Shown: piece after piece, positions 38,750 through 47,649 of the stretch
Layout of the letters: each line of letters starts with the position of its first letter
Numbering within the stretch: the first letter of the stretch is position 1
NCBI GenBank assembly: GCA_964484485.1
Contig: CAZAGD010000043.1
Span: forward strand, 5,660-69,659
Reading direction: 5' to 3'
DNA length: 64,000 nucleotides
Source: an uncultured Syntrophaceae bacterium
Lineage (GTDB): Bacteria > Desulfobacterota > SM23-61
Notes under the pieces: model-generated
Told to the model about the DNA's origin: nothing
Seen by the model: only the letters and a program-made list of their open reading frames with translations
The model's database searches: none
Position numbers and translations under genes: made by a program

Positions 38750-39991
38750 TCAAATTATTTTTTCTTTTTTCAAATGCTCGAATTCCTCTTTAGAGAGTTT
38801 CAATAATCCCAGATAAATTTTCTCATTATGTTGGCCAAGCAAAGGGGCAGGGCAGGGGAAATCTGCCGGGAGTTCATAAAAACGAATAGGGAAGCCAGCG
38901 GCTTTCACGCCAGTAGGTCCACAAAGGGGGTGCCATAGCTCCTGGATCATTCCCCGCGATTGCAATTGGGGATCTTGTAATACTTCCTTTATTTCCAATA
39001 CTGGGTCGCAAGGGACTTTTTTATTCCGCAAAATCCTTAGGGCTTCTTCTGTGGTATATTTCTGAGACCACTCCACTACCATAGCCTCCACTTCATGGGC
39101 ATTCTTCAATCGGTCCTCTACGTTGGCAAAGCGAGGATCATTTAAACAGTCTTCTCTCCCGATGGCTTCCAAAAATATCTTCCATTGCTCATTGGAAAAT
39201 ACACAAATAGCAATATTTCCGTCCTTCGTCGGGAATGTACTCCAGGGAACTGCCCTGGGGTTCCGATTTCCTTGCCGAGTAGGAATACCGTTAGCCACAA
39301 GAATATCTAAAGCTTCATCCATGATTAACGAAAAATTACAATCCTGCATGGATATATCAATCCTTTCGCCATGGCCGGTTTTTTCGCGGGAAATTAAAGC
39401 TGCTAAGATTCCACTTAGTCCGTACAAAGCAGGAACCAAGTCACCAATCCACGCTCCACAGCGCAGGGGAGGACCATCTGGATATCCTGTTACTGCCATA
39501 ATTCCGCTAGTTGCTTGAATAGTAAGATCAAAAGCTGGAAAATCTCGATAGGGACCGCTTTGGCCATAGCCAGAGATGGAGCAAAAAATAATTTTGGGGT
39601 TTATGGTCTTTAATTTTGGGTAATCAATCCCGAAGCTTTCCATGGTCCCGGGAACAAAATTTTCCAGGAGCACATCTGCTTTGGCGACTAAGAGTCGAAA
39701 AATTTCAATGCCGCGCTTACTTTTTAAATTGAGGGTGATACTCTTTTTACCCCGGTTGCGCTTTAAATTGATGAGGGAGATATCTTCGGCAGTTCGACCT
39801 GCGAATCGGACGCCCTTTGGACCGGCGAAGGGAACTGTGATTCGGGTGGGGTCACCGATGCCGGGGCGTTCCACTTTTATGACCTCGGCTCCCATGGCTG
39901 CAAGTTGCATGCTCAAAAAAGGACCGGACAGCCAGGAGGTTAAATCGATCACGCGGATTCCTTCTAAATGTTTTGTTATAGAGGGTTTCAT
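38750..39991 (-). CDS. CaiB/BaiF (class III) CoA transferase
   Basis: IRVIDLTSWLSGP, GAEVIKVE, NRGKKSITLNLK, ISGYGQSGP, catalytic Asp region GDLVPA. Confidence 0.92.
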   Translation of the reverse strand: MKPSITKHLEGIRVIDLTSWLSGPFLSMQLAAMGAEVIKVERPGIGDPTRITVPFAGPKGVRFAGRTAEDISLINLKRNRGKKSITLNLKSKRGIEIFRLLVAKADVLLENFVPGTMESFGIDYPKLKTINPKIIFCSISGYGQSGPYRDFPAFDLTIQATSGIMAVTGYPDGPPLRCGAWIGDLVPALYGLSGILAALISREKTGHGERIDISMQDCNFSLIMDEALDILVANGIPTRQGNRNPRAVPWSTFPTKDGNIAICVFSNEQWKIFLEAIGREDCLNDPRFANVEDRLKNAHEVEAMVVEWSQKYTTEEALRILRNKKVPCDPVLEIKEVLQDPQLQSRGMIQELWHPLCGPTGVKAAGFPIRFYELPADFPCPAPLLGQHNEKIYLGLLKLSKEEFEHLKKEKII

Positions 39992-40397
39992 CGATTGATT
40001 ACTCCTTAAATAAATTTATTAAAAAGCCGAGTAAGGGTCGCTTTATCCTTTAATACCACTAAAACCACCAATACCCAGAGTCACTCGTTTTAAAAATTGT
40101 CATTATTAGACTAAATTAATTCAATTATAAGACAAGATTTTATTAAAGCCAATCAAAGGCTTATATTCTTTAAGTGATACCATTTCATAGTAGATTATGC
40201 CCGCGAAGCTTCTTCCAGCATCCTTTTAGCGGAGAACATGCATCCAGATATTAAAAAAGTTAAAAAATTTGAGGACTAGATTCCTGATAGCGGAAGAACG
40301 ACTTCATCTTCCACATGGCGAGAAACTCTAAACGGAGGGAGAGGGTGAAGCGGAAGCTAAAGTTCAAAGGTAAAAGGCAAAAATTTCTACCTGTCAT

Positions 40398-40826
40398 TCA
40401 ATCATCCCATTTTTTCCCTTTGCCCTTATCCTTTTTCTTAAAATGACCTGGAGGATAATGTTTAATTACGTGAGGGTGGTGGACATAAGGACGGTCAACG
40501 TCCATTTCTAAGCTAATATATTCATTGGCAATAATTCGAATTCCTGAGGGGAGACTAGCGGATACTTGCCATGCTCCTCCTTGATAATAAAAATATATTC
40601 TTCTGCCCACATCAAAATATACTTGGACCTCAGGATAATAATAATAAACGTATTTTACTCTATAACCATGAGCTGGAGCCCATGGTGGTGGAGCAGGCTT
40701 AGCTGGGGTAGGCGGAGGGGGAGATTGAACGGCTACCTGACGCTCTCCAATTGTAAGTGAGCAGCCCGTATTAAGCAATAAACTCAACCCGCCAAGGGCA
40801 AAAATTATTAAAAATATTTTTTTCAT
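40398..40826 (-). CDS. Hypothetical lipoprotein (Pro/Tyr-rich, basic tail)
   Basis: Lipobox-like LNTGC; PPPWAPAHGYR, YYYYPEVQVYFD; SD GGAGG. Confidence 0.7.
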   Translation of the reverse strand: MKKIFLIIFALGGLSLLLNTGCSLTIGERQVAVQSPPPPTPAKPAPPPWAPAHGYRVKYVYYYYPEVQVYFDVGRRIYFYYQGGAWQVSASLPSGIRIIANEYISLEMDVDRPYVHHPHVIKHYPPGHFKKKDKGKGKKWDD

Positions 40827-40880
40827 TAAAACCTCCGTTAATTTTGATAATAATTTTTATTATATCTTTTTGATTAAAAC

Positions 40881-40906
40881 TTCGGCAAAAAGAGGGAAAA
40901 AATTTA
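40881..40906 (-). promoter_or_regulatory. Putative sigma28-like promoter of the lipoprotein gene
   Basis: Minus strand TAAA-N16-GCCGAA. Confidence 0.4.
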
Positions 40907-40918
40907 AATTTCTTTTGA

Positions 40919-42082
40919 TCATCCTATATGGCTATTAAAAATTATATCCATTCTAAAATGTTGCAGAATAGAAATAAAAGCCGGGTTCAGCAAAGGATCT
41001 GTCTTCATTCCTAACAAATGCGATATACAGGAGCAATCCGAAGAACCAAATCCAGGGATTTCCCATGAAGCAATCTTTTGGAGCTCCCCCGCGAGAGCGC
41101 ATTCAATGTCCGTAGAAGATCTGATGGGAATGGCTTTATAAAATTGGGCTTGATTTAGAAAATAATCAATATGCCAAAAAAATTTTTTGTTTTGGCGCTG
41201 GTGGCGAGCGATTCTTTGGGACAAATTTTTTTTAGCCGAGCCCACATAAAGATAATAACCTGCGGGAAAGTGCCGAGGTCCAAGCTTACCAATGAGCAAT
41301 TCTTTTTCCAAAGGCAAATAAAGTATTAAAATATAAGCGCCGCGATTTTTATTTTCCCTTTCCAAGATCGACCAAGGGATCTGGAGAAGTTCTATAGAAG
41401 AAATTTTTGAAAAATTATCCTGCAACTTGATCGCTAAAGGGAGGATAGATATTTCTTCTTGGGCTTGGAAAAGTTCATGGGCGAATTCAGGATCGGTATG
41501 ATACTCAGGAAGGAAATATTTGGCTGTGGGTGAAAAAATGAGGAAAAGAATGGCCCCTTCTTTTCCTTGCTTCGCCAACTCTCTTAATTCTTGAATGTGT
41601 TTTCTTCCGCGCCTGGTGACAGCATCTGGGAACATGGCTACATATTTTCCATAAAGGGTACAAGACTTCACTTCTAAGATGACCTCTCTTTTCCCTTTCT
41701 TTAAAAGAAAATCAAACCTGCTGTTGCCCCAGGAGTATTCTCTTTGTTGCACGCTAACCCCTTCCAGGCCGGGAATGAGATCATTTTGGATGAGAAAATC
41801 AACCAAATAGTTGGTAAGGTGGGTATTAATAAAAACAGGATACCCATCTCGTTCTGCAGCTATAGCAGTATAAGACAGCTTTCTATTTATATTTGTGGTT
41901 TTTTCAAAATAGATGGTAGCTCCGGGCCAAAGAAGTTCCCAGAGACGGCCGGGATTGGGCAAAAAGACCTCTATCTTTCTTCCCCTAAAAAGACACTGAA
42001 TAACAAAGCGGTTAATTCTGCTTAAGAATTTAGCTTTTTCCAATGGCGGAAAAAATTCAGATTTTATTTGCCGTACTAGCAA
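40919..42082 (-). CDS. sfsA: SfsA-family nuclease fused to a C-terminal DUF123 (GIY-YIG-like) domain
   Basis: RINRF, LPNPGRL.EL, SRFDF, EVKSCTL, FPDAVT.RG.KH; then GAYIL, GYYLYVGSA, RIARH, WHIDY, FGSSDC.C.SHL. Confidence 0.85.
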   Translation of the reverse strand: MLVRQIKSEFFPPLEKAKFLSRINRFVIQCLFRGRKIEVFLPNPGRLWELLWPGATIYFEKTTNINRKLSYTAIAAERDGYPVFINTHLTNYLVDFLIQNDLIPGLEGVSVQQREYSWGNSRFDFLLKKGKREVILEVKSCTLYGKYVAMFPDAVTRRGRKHIQELRELAKQGKEGAILFLIFSPTAKYFLPEYHTDPEFAHELFQAQEEISILPLAIKLQDNFSKISSIELLQIPWSILERENKNRGAYILILYLPLEKELLIGKLGPRHFPAGYYLYVGSAKKNLSQRIARHQRQNKKFFWHIDYFLNQAQFYKAIPIRSSTDIECALAGELQKIASWEIPGFGSSDCSCISHLLGMKTDPLLNPAFISILQHFRMDIIFNSHIG

Positions 42083-42220
42083 GGATGGCCCCTCTTAATT
42101 AATTTTTTGTTTAAGCCTATTTTTAATCTTAAAAGAAATGGGCGCAAAATAAAAGTATTCTCTTTAAACTTGCTTTTAGTAAGGGAATCGTAATAAGATT
42201 ATTTAAATTTAATCAAAAAT

Positions 42221-42294
42221 GCCCCCGTAGCTCAGGTGGATAGAGCAAGGGATTCCTAATCCCTGTGCCGCGTGTTCGAGTCACGCCGGGGGCA
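42221..42294 (+). tRNA. tRNA-Arg(CCT)
   Basis: GCCCCCG/CGGGGGC stem, AGGGA-TTCCTAA-TCCCT anticodon arm, GTTCGAG T-loop; CCA not encoded. Confidence 0.92.
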
Positions 42295-42345
42295 CTCGTC
42301 TCCAAGAAATAATAAAAATTTATTTAGGCCAAGAGAAAGAGAGGA

Positions 42346-43047
42346 ATGAACTTGGCTGAAAAATATCAATTGCCCAGACGAGATTTTTTTAAAATCACAG
42401 CTGGCGCTTTGGGAATTTGGATTAGTGCTGACCGTGTTTCTTCCTCCATCGCCCAAACCAAAGAAGAAACCTGGCCCAAAAAAATTAGTAAAGAGGTCCA
42501 GCGGCTACTTAAAGAAATGGAAGCTCAAAGTAGTCGGTATTGGAGCGTACCTAAGAAGGATGGACAATTTTTAAATTTTTTTATAAGGGCGATGAAGGCT
42601 AAACAAGTTTTGGAAGTAGGTACTTCCCAGGGATATTCGGCAATTTGGATGGGCTTAGCTTTAAAAGAAACAGGGGGGCACTTAACTACTATTGAAATAG
42701 GAAAGAGCCGGTATGAATTGGCCAAAAAATATGTAAACCAGGCCGGCCTCTCCACCCACATCACTCTTATCAATGGAGATGCGCACCAAGAGATCATTAA
42801 ACTAAGGGGTCCTTTTGATTTTGTTTTTCTTGATGCCGATAAAGAAGGGCAGGTAGATTATTTTCAAAAGCTCTATCCTCATAAAATTTTGCCTGGGGGA
42901 GTAATTGCCGTCCATAATGCCATCCAATACGCCAAATCCATGCAAGACTACTTAGATTTAGTCCGGCATCATCCCAATTTTGATAGCATAATCGTGAGTG
43001 CCACTCTGGAAGATGGTTTTTCCCTCAGTTATCGCTTACCCACTTAG
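42346..43047 (+). CDS. Class I SAM-dependent O-methyltransferase with twin-arginine signal peptide
   Basis: PRRDFFK Tat motif; LEVGTSQGYS, TTIE, FDFVFLDADK, HNA. Confidence 0.8.
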   Translation: MNLAEKYQLPRRDFFKITAGALGIWISADRVSSSIAQTKEETWPKKISKEVQRLLKEMEAQSSRYWSVPKKDGQFLNFFIRAMKAKQVLEVGTSQGYSAIWMGLALKETGGHLTTIEIGKSRYELAKKYVNQAGLSTHITLINGDAHQEIIKLRGPFDFVFLDADKEGQVDYFQKLYPHKILPGGVIAVHNAIQYAKSMQDYLDLVRHHPNFDSIIVSATLEDGFSLSYRLPT

Positions 43048-43172
43048 AATTATTACTCGGAGCAATTAAATATTTACAGTTATCACCCTCACCTTCCTCC
43101 ATGGTGATGGTCTTATCGACTTCCCCGAATGAGACTGGGTCGTAATTCGAAATAAGAAAGGAAATCAAATGA

Positions 43173-43197
43173 GGTAAGGGATAAAACCTTGCCCTCC
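43173..43197 (-). repeat. Family B REP-like element (degenerate)
   Basis: Minus strand GGAG-GGCAAGGT-TTTAT-CCCTTACC. Confidence 0.45.
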
Positions 43198-43230
43198 AAA
43201 TCTGGTCTATTGCCCATCTCGTAATTTCAT

Positions 43231-43277
43231 AACTCCCCCTTCTCCCCCTCTTACTTTAAGAGGGGGTGGGGGGGCGT
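43231..43277. repeat. Family D hairpin repeat
   Basis: AACTCCCCCTTCTCCCCCTCTTACTTTAAGAGGGGGTGGGGGGGCGTT. Confidence 0.55.
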
Positions 43278-43391
43278 TAAACCCTTGCGCCATGAATTAT
43301 ATTTAGCAAGCGGCAAGCTGAATCTGCATCAAGATGTCATTCATTTTATGCTCCCATTAACAATTCCCAAAAATTATTCTTTCTTCGGTTT

Positions 43392-44501
43392 TTACCTAAA
43401 AGAGGGCCAGAATTCGCGGAGAAGAAATTTAAGCTCTTTTATCATCTCTATAGTATATTTTAAAGGTCCGTTCTTAGGGGGTTTAGATGGCCAAGGCAGA
43501 GGCTCTGCTAAAGGCCAAGGGAAATTCGCCAAACCGGTCAATAAAGCAAGCCAAGCATAAGGTAAAATCTCTTTGTTATAGCCTGAACCGATCATGTCAA
43601 TAACCCTACCTTGGCAAATATTATCGGCCAGCTCCCGCACTGTTTGGCCAATCATCGAAAATCCTTTCACTGTTAAACCTAAATTAGTTAACTGATCAGA
43701 AAGATGAGGATCAGATCCGCCATTCCTTATAATAATTTGGGGCTGAAAATCAAAAACAACGGGTTTAACGATTTCGGCCAACACTAAGGCATAGCATTGG
43801 TCATCAGCTCCAGGAGGCATGGGCATATTAATGGTATAGCCTCGGCCCTCTTTTTCACCGAGTTGATGGATGAAACCAGTTCCCGGATATAGCGTCCGGG
43901 GGTCTTGATGAATATCGAGGAAAAGGACGCCGGGGTCTTCATAAAAATATTCAGCCGTCCCATTACCGGCATGAGCATCGGTATCCAAAATTAAAATTTT
44001 TTCCCACTTATAAATTTTTTGCAAATATTTGGCGGCAAAGGCGACGTCATTATATATACAAAACCCTTCGCCTCTATTTGGCTTGGCATGGTGCAGACCA
44101 CCGCCCAAGGAGACCACTTTGGTATATTGATTAGTAGCTATTAAATCACAGGCTTTTTTAGCCTGGCCCACAATCAGTCGGGCTGCCTCTTCCACCTTTC
44201 CGGGGCGGCCCACTGGGCGATTGTCTCCGGTATGGAACTGAAAGAAACGGCTATTATAATCCTGCCCCAGATTAGCCATTTTGAAATAGTAAGTGGTAAA
44301 TTCGATATATTCTTTTTGACAGATAAGCAACAGGTCTTTTTCTTCTGCCCAATCCGCTTCCAAGAATTTGTAAATTCCTTTACTGGGAAATTTTTCTCTC
44401 AAAAATTGGGGAAATATTTGGTAGCGGTCACCTCGAAAGGGATGACCAGGTCCGAAGTCGTACTCTTTTAATTCTTCGCGGTAAAGGATGGGCAAAGTCA
44501 T
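43392..44501 (-). CDS. Histone deacetylase family Zn-dependent deacylase (AcuC-like)
   Basis: FGPGHPF, GGGLHHA, GFCIYND, DTDAH, NGGSDPH..D.L, GSGY. Confidence 0.9.
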   Translation of the reverse strand: MTLPILYREELKEYDFGPGHPFRGDRYQIFPQFLREKFPSKGIYKFLEADWAEEKDLLLICQKEYIEFTTYYFKMANLGQDYNSRFFQFHTGDNRPVGRPGKVEEAARLIVGQAKKACDLIATNQYTKVVSLGGGLHHAKPNRGEGFCIYNDVAFAAKYLQKIYKWEKILILDTDAHAGNGTAEYFYEDPGVLFLDIHQDPRTLYPGTGFIHQLGEKEGRGYTINMPMPPGADDQCYALVLAEIVKPVVFDFQPQIIIRNGGSDPHLSDQLTNLGLTVKGFSMIGQTVRELADNICQGRVIDMIGSGYNKEILPYAWLALLTGLANFPWPLAEPLPWPSKPPKNGPLKYTIEMIKELKFLLREFWPSFR

Positions 44502-44517
44502 AATTAGCGTTTTCCCT

Positions 44518-45051
44518 TTAATTGTAAAAAAAGAGCTTTACGATGATAATTGCCAATATAATGCCCATGAGGTCAGCAATAACACAAACGGGAATTAAAT
44601 AGCGCGTCTTTTTAATTCCTACGGCACCCAGATAGATGGCCAAGACATAGAAAGTGGTTTCCGCACTGCCCATGATTACGGCCGCAATTCTGCTGGCCAG
44701 AGAATCTGGGCCTGTATTTTTCACAATATCTGTAAACAATCCCAGAGCAGCACTGCCCGACAACGGCTTAATAAAGGAGATAGAAATAATCTCGAAGGGT
44801 AAGTTAAAAAAGTTGCTGACTCCCCGGAAAATTTCTTGTCCTAAATTAAATGCTCCCGAGGCCTGGAAAGCTTTGACAGCAACAAAAATGGCCAACACAT
44901 AAGGGAAGATACGCAGGGTTACATTTATTCCTTCTTTGGCCCCATTAACGAAACAATCATAAACTTTTACCTTTTTAAAGAAAGCATAAGAGACTATCGA
45001 GAAGATGAAAATTGGAATAATAAGTTGAGAGATAAAATGCACAATATTCAT
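44518..45051 (-). CDS. spmB: SpmB-like membrane protein (nucleoside-recognition Gate domain)
   Basis: KVYDCFVNGAKEG, KPLSGSAALG, MGSAETTFYV..YLGAVGI. Confidence 0.85.
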   Translation of the reverse strand: MNIVHFISQLIIPIFIFSIVSYAFFKKVKVYDCFVNGAKEGINVTLRIFPYVLAIFVAVKAFQASGAFNLGQEIFRGVSNFFNLPFEIISISFIKPLSGSAALGLFTDIVKNTGPDSLASRIAAVIMGSAETTFYVLAIYLGAVGIKKTRYLIPVCVIADLMGIILAIIIVKLFFYN

Positions 45052-45623
45052 TTTAAGATCTTGCGAAATAAAAATAAGATTCCTATGGCCAATATCGCGG
45101 AAATGAAGGTAGATAAAATTGTTGGCCCTACGATAAGAGAGGCCTTAGGAGAACCGAAATCAGAAAGAATGCCTATTACCGAAAAAGGGATGAGCTGAAT
45201 ACTGGCCGTATTAATGACGATAAAAAGCATCATTTCGAAAGTTAAAGTTTCCTTATCGTTATTTAATGTTTGGAGATCTTGCATGGCCTTGATGCCTAAA
45301 GGAGTAGCCGCATTTCCTAAGCCAAAAAAATTTGCTAAAAAATTAAGTGTAATGGAAGTGATGGCGGGGTGGTTAGCAGGAATTTTCTTAAAAAGGGCAC
45401 AAATCAAAGGTTGGAAAGCGCGAGCTAAACTGTAAATAAGGCCGGATTCTTCGATTATTTTAGTTATGCCCAACCACAGAGAAATAATTCCCCCAAGAAA
45501 AAGAGAGATCTCTACGGCTGCTTTGGCCCCCTCAAAAAAAGATTTAGTTAGCTCCTCCAGGCGGCCATTTATTAAAGAAACAATTACACTGACGAAGAGC
45601 AATAAAAACCATACCGTATTCAT
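45048..45623 (-). CDS. spmA: SpmA-like membrane protein
   Basis: LWLGI.KI.EESGL, ANFFGLGNAATPLGIKAMQ.L, INTASIQLIP. Confidence 0.85.
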   Translation of the reverse strand: MNTVWFLLLFVSVIVSLINGRLEELTKSFFEGAKAAVEISLFLGGIISLWLGITKIIEESGLIYSLARAFQPLICALFKKIPANHPAITSITLNFLANFFGLGNAATPLGIKAMQDLQTLNNDKETLTFEMMLFIVINTASIQLIPFSVIGILSDFGSPKASLIVGPTILSTFISAILAIGILFLFRKILK

Positions 45624-46459
45624 AAAATTTTAAGCGTTTTGGTATAAGTATTTAATTCCACCTTAGCGCCAATGGGTAGAGTAATCTTATTTGGTCCATG
45701 ACCGATATAAGGGCAATAGACTAAGGGAAAATCTATTTTAATCTGTTCCTGCAAGATATTAAAGACATCTTTATTTTTCAGCCCCCGAAAATCTCCTAAA
45801 ATAACGCCTTGAACTTTAGCAAATTTTTGAGCCAGAATCCATTGAGAAAGCAGCCTGTCTACTTCATATAGCTTTTGATCTACCTCTTCTAAGAATAAAA
45901 TTGTCCCGGCAGTTTTTATCTCCCATTTGGTGCCCAGCAAAGCTGATAAAGTAATTAGATTGCCGCCTTTAAGAACTCCGCGGGCTATTCCAGCCCGGTA
46001 AATGCCTAAAGGAGCACCGGCAAATAAATTCTTTTGCGGAAATCCCTGACAAGCATTGAGGAAGGAGCGGGTGGTAAAAGGAGTGACGGGATGGAAATTG
46101 ATGATCATCGGCGAATGCCAAGTGATTAGTCCTGTTTTTTCATAGATAACATTCAAGAGAGCGCTAAGGTCGCTGAAGCCGGCAAAAATCTTGGGGTGCT
46201 TTTTAAGAAGAGTAAAATTGAGCTGGGGGAGGAGTTTCATACAGCCATAACCTCCCCTTTGGGCCATGATTATTTCTACTTTTTTATTCTTCACCGCCGC
46301 ATGTATTTGCTTAATCTTTTGCTTAAGGGGAGGCATTTTAGTCAAGAACTTTTTATTCTGTACTTTAAAACCCAAGTCCTCTAAGGTCTTTATGCTCGCC
46401 TTAAATTCTCTTTCTTTTTTCATCAACCAACTGGGAGTGATGATAGAAATTATGGGCAA
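45620..46459 (-). CDS. LD-carboxypeptidase (peptidase S66)
   Basis: RGGYG nucleophile motif, GFSD.SAL, GGNL, LFLEE, GHG. Confidence 0.88.
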   Translation of the reverse strand: MPIISIITPSWLMKKEREFKASIKTLEDLGFKVQNKKFLTKMPPLKQKIKQIHAAVKNKKVEIIMAQRGGYGCMKLLPQLNFTLLKKHPKIFAGFSDLSALLNVIYEKTGLITWHSPMIINFHPVTPFTTRSFLNACQGFPQKNLFAGAPLGIYRAGIARGVLKGGNLITLSALLGTKWEIKTAGTILFLEEVDQKLYEVDRLLSQWILAQKFAKVQGVILGDFRGLKNKDVFNILQEQIKIDFPLVYCPYIGHGPNKITLPIGAKVELNTYTKTLKIL

Positions 46460-46474
46460 ATTCGTTCCTTTCTA

Positions 46475-47551
46475 TTATAGTATTTCCAAAGGCAGCAGCA
46501 TTTCTTCCGTATAACCAAATTCACTAAGGAAACGTTGCGTAGCTTCCATATTTGGCTTCCATCCCATCTTTTCGCCGCGAAATCGAGTGGCTAAAACATA
46601 GTCGAAGATAGGGGAAAAAACTCCCATAGCCAGAAAATTTGGTTGACTACGGGGGTACCCTCCTGGCCCTTTTTCACTAGCCCAAAGGGCATCTAAAAGA
46701 CAAAGTTGCTGGCGGGGGTAAACTACTTTTCCAGTCTGCAGATCCATGGGACCCAAAATCTCTGGGGTTTTATTAATGGCCAACAAATAATCGAGGGCGC
46801 CTTCCCGATGACCGGGAGCCGGATCAAAGGTACCAAAGTGATTTTTCATAGTCATGGTAAAGCCTCCAAAAGTCTGGCTATGTCCTTTACACATGGCTAT
46901 ATTGATGAGAATATCCACATATCCGTCCACCAAAGGTTTGAGGCATTTTGCTTGTCCACGAGATTGCCGCCAGGGTTCGGGAACTTTAGTTAAAGCAGTC
47001 ACTCCTCCCCATTCATTTTCAATTTTGACGCCTGCGGGCAGGTCGGCAAAAGGTGTATTTTGGGCCATAGAGCCACCATGAATTCCATCGTAAATGTGAA
47101 TGTTCTCAGGATTTATTCGGCAGATCTTGACCAGGACGTGGCAAATTTTAGACATCACCGCGCTGCGGGTATGTTGGAGAGCAATGTTATTAGTTTTAAT
47201 GGCCACGACTGTTTCCGACCAGGATTTACGCGGTGGTTTTATGAAAATGGTTGACCAAGCTTTCTCAGGATTAGACAATTTAGTTAGAGCGCAAGCTAAT
47301 TTATCTAAGTTTTCCCAAACTACTTCTTTAACTACTAATTTTTCCTGCCAAGACCAAGAAGAAATCGGCTGCAAGTCTCTGGTCATGCGTGAGTCAATAA
47401 TGCCCACCACGCGCCGATGGTCAATATGTGGGTGAACCTGGGTACCTTTGGCCCAGTGGGCTTTAATCTCGCGGCCGTAAAGAAAAGGGGCAACAGCCGC
47501 GGAGGTAGCGATTATTGATTTTTTAAGAAAGTTGCGACGGGATATAGACAT
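46475..47551 (-). CDS. DUF362-like protein with Tat signal
   Basis: SRRNFLKK; IKTN; CKGH..GGFTMTMKNHFG; start at ATG after SD GAGGAGG. Confidence 0.65.
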   Translation of the reverse strand: MSISRRNFLKKSIIATSAAVAPFLYGREIKAHWAKGTQVHPHIDHRRVVGIIDSRMTRDLQPISSWSWQEKLVVKEVVWENLDKLACALTKLSNPEKAWSTIFIKPPRKSWSETVVAIKTNNIALQHTRSAVMSKICHVLVKICRINPENIHIYDGIHGGSMAQNTPFADLPAGVKIENEWGGVTALTKVPEPWRQSRGQAKCLKPLVDGYVDILINIAMCKGHSQTFGGFTMTMKNHFGTFDPAPGHREGALDYLLAINKTPEILGPMDLQTGKVVYPRQQLCLLDALWASEKGPGGYPRSQPNFLAMGVFSPIFDYVLATRFRGEKMGWKPNMEATQRFLSEFGYTEEMLLPLEIL

Positions 47552-47649
47552 AAAATTTTTCACCTCCTCATGATTTATTTTGACCCACTTTGGAGGTTTT
47601 CAGCAAGTTTTATTTTGTTATAATAAAAAATAAAAATAGGGGAGGGAAT

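Noticed and set aside
42221-42294. tRNA-Arg as the att site of an integrated element
   Set aside because: No duplicated 3' fragment or integrase found nearby.
43392-44501. Deacetylase possibly inactive (DAHAGNG instead of DxHHGxG)
   Set aside because: The metal-binding Asp/His, the HH catalytic pair and the Tyr in GSGY are retained; the substituted His is not a metal ligand.
44518-45623. spmAB as evidence of sporulation
   Set aside because: BamD, type IV pili and Tat/lipoprotein features indicate a diderm; no other sporulation genes are present.
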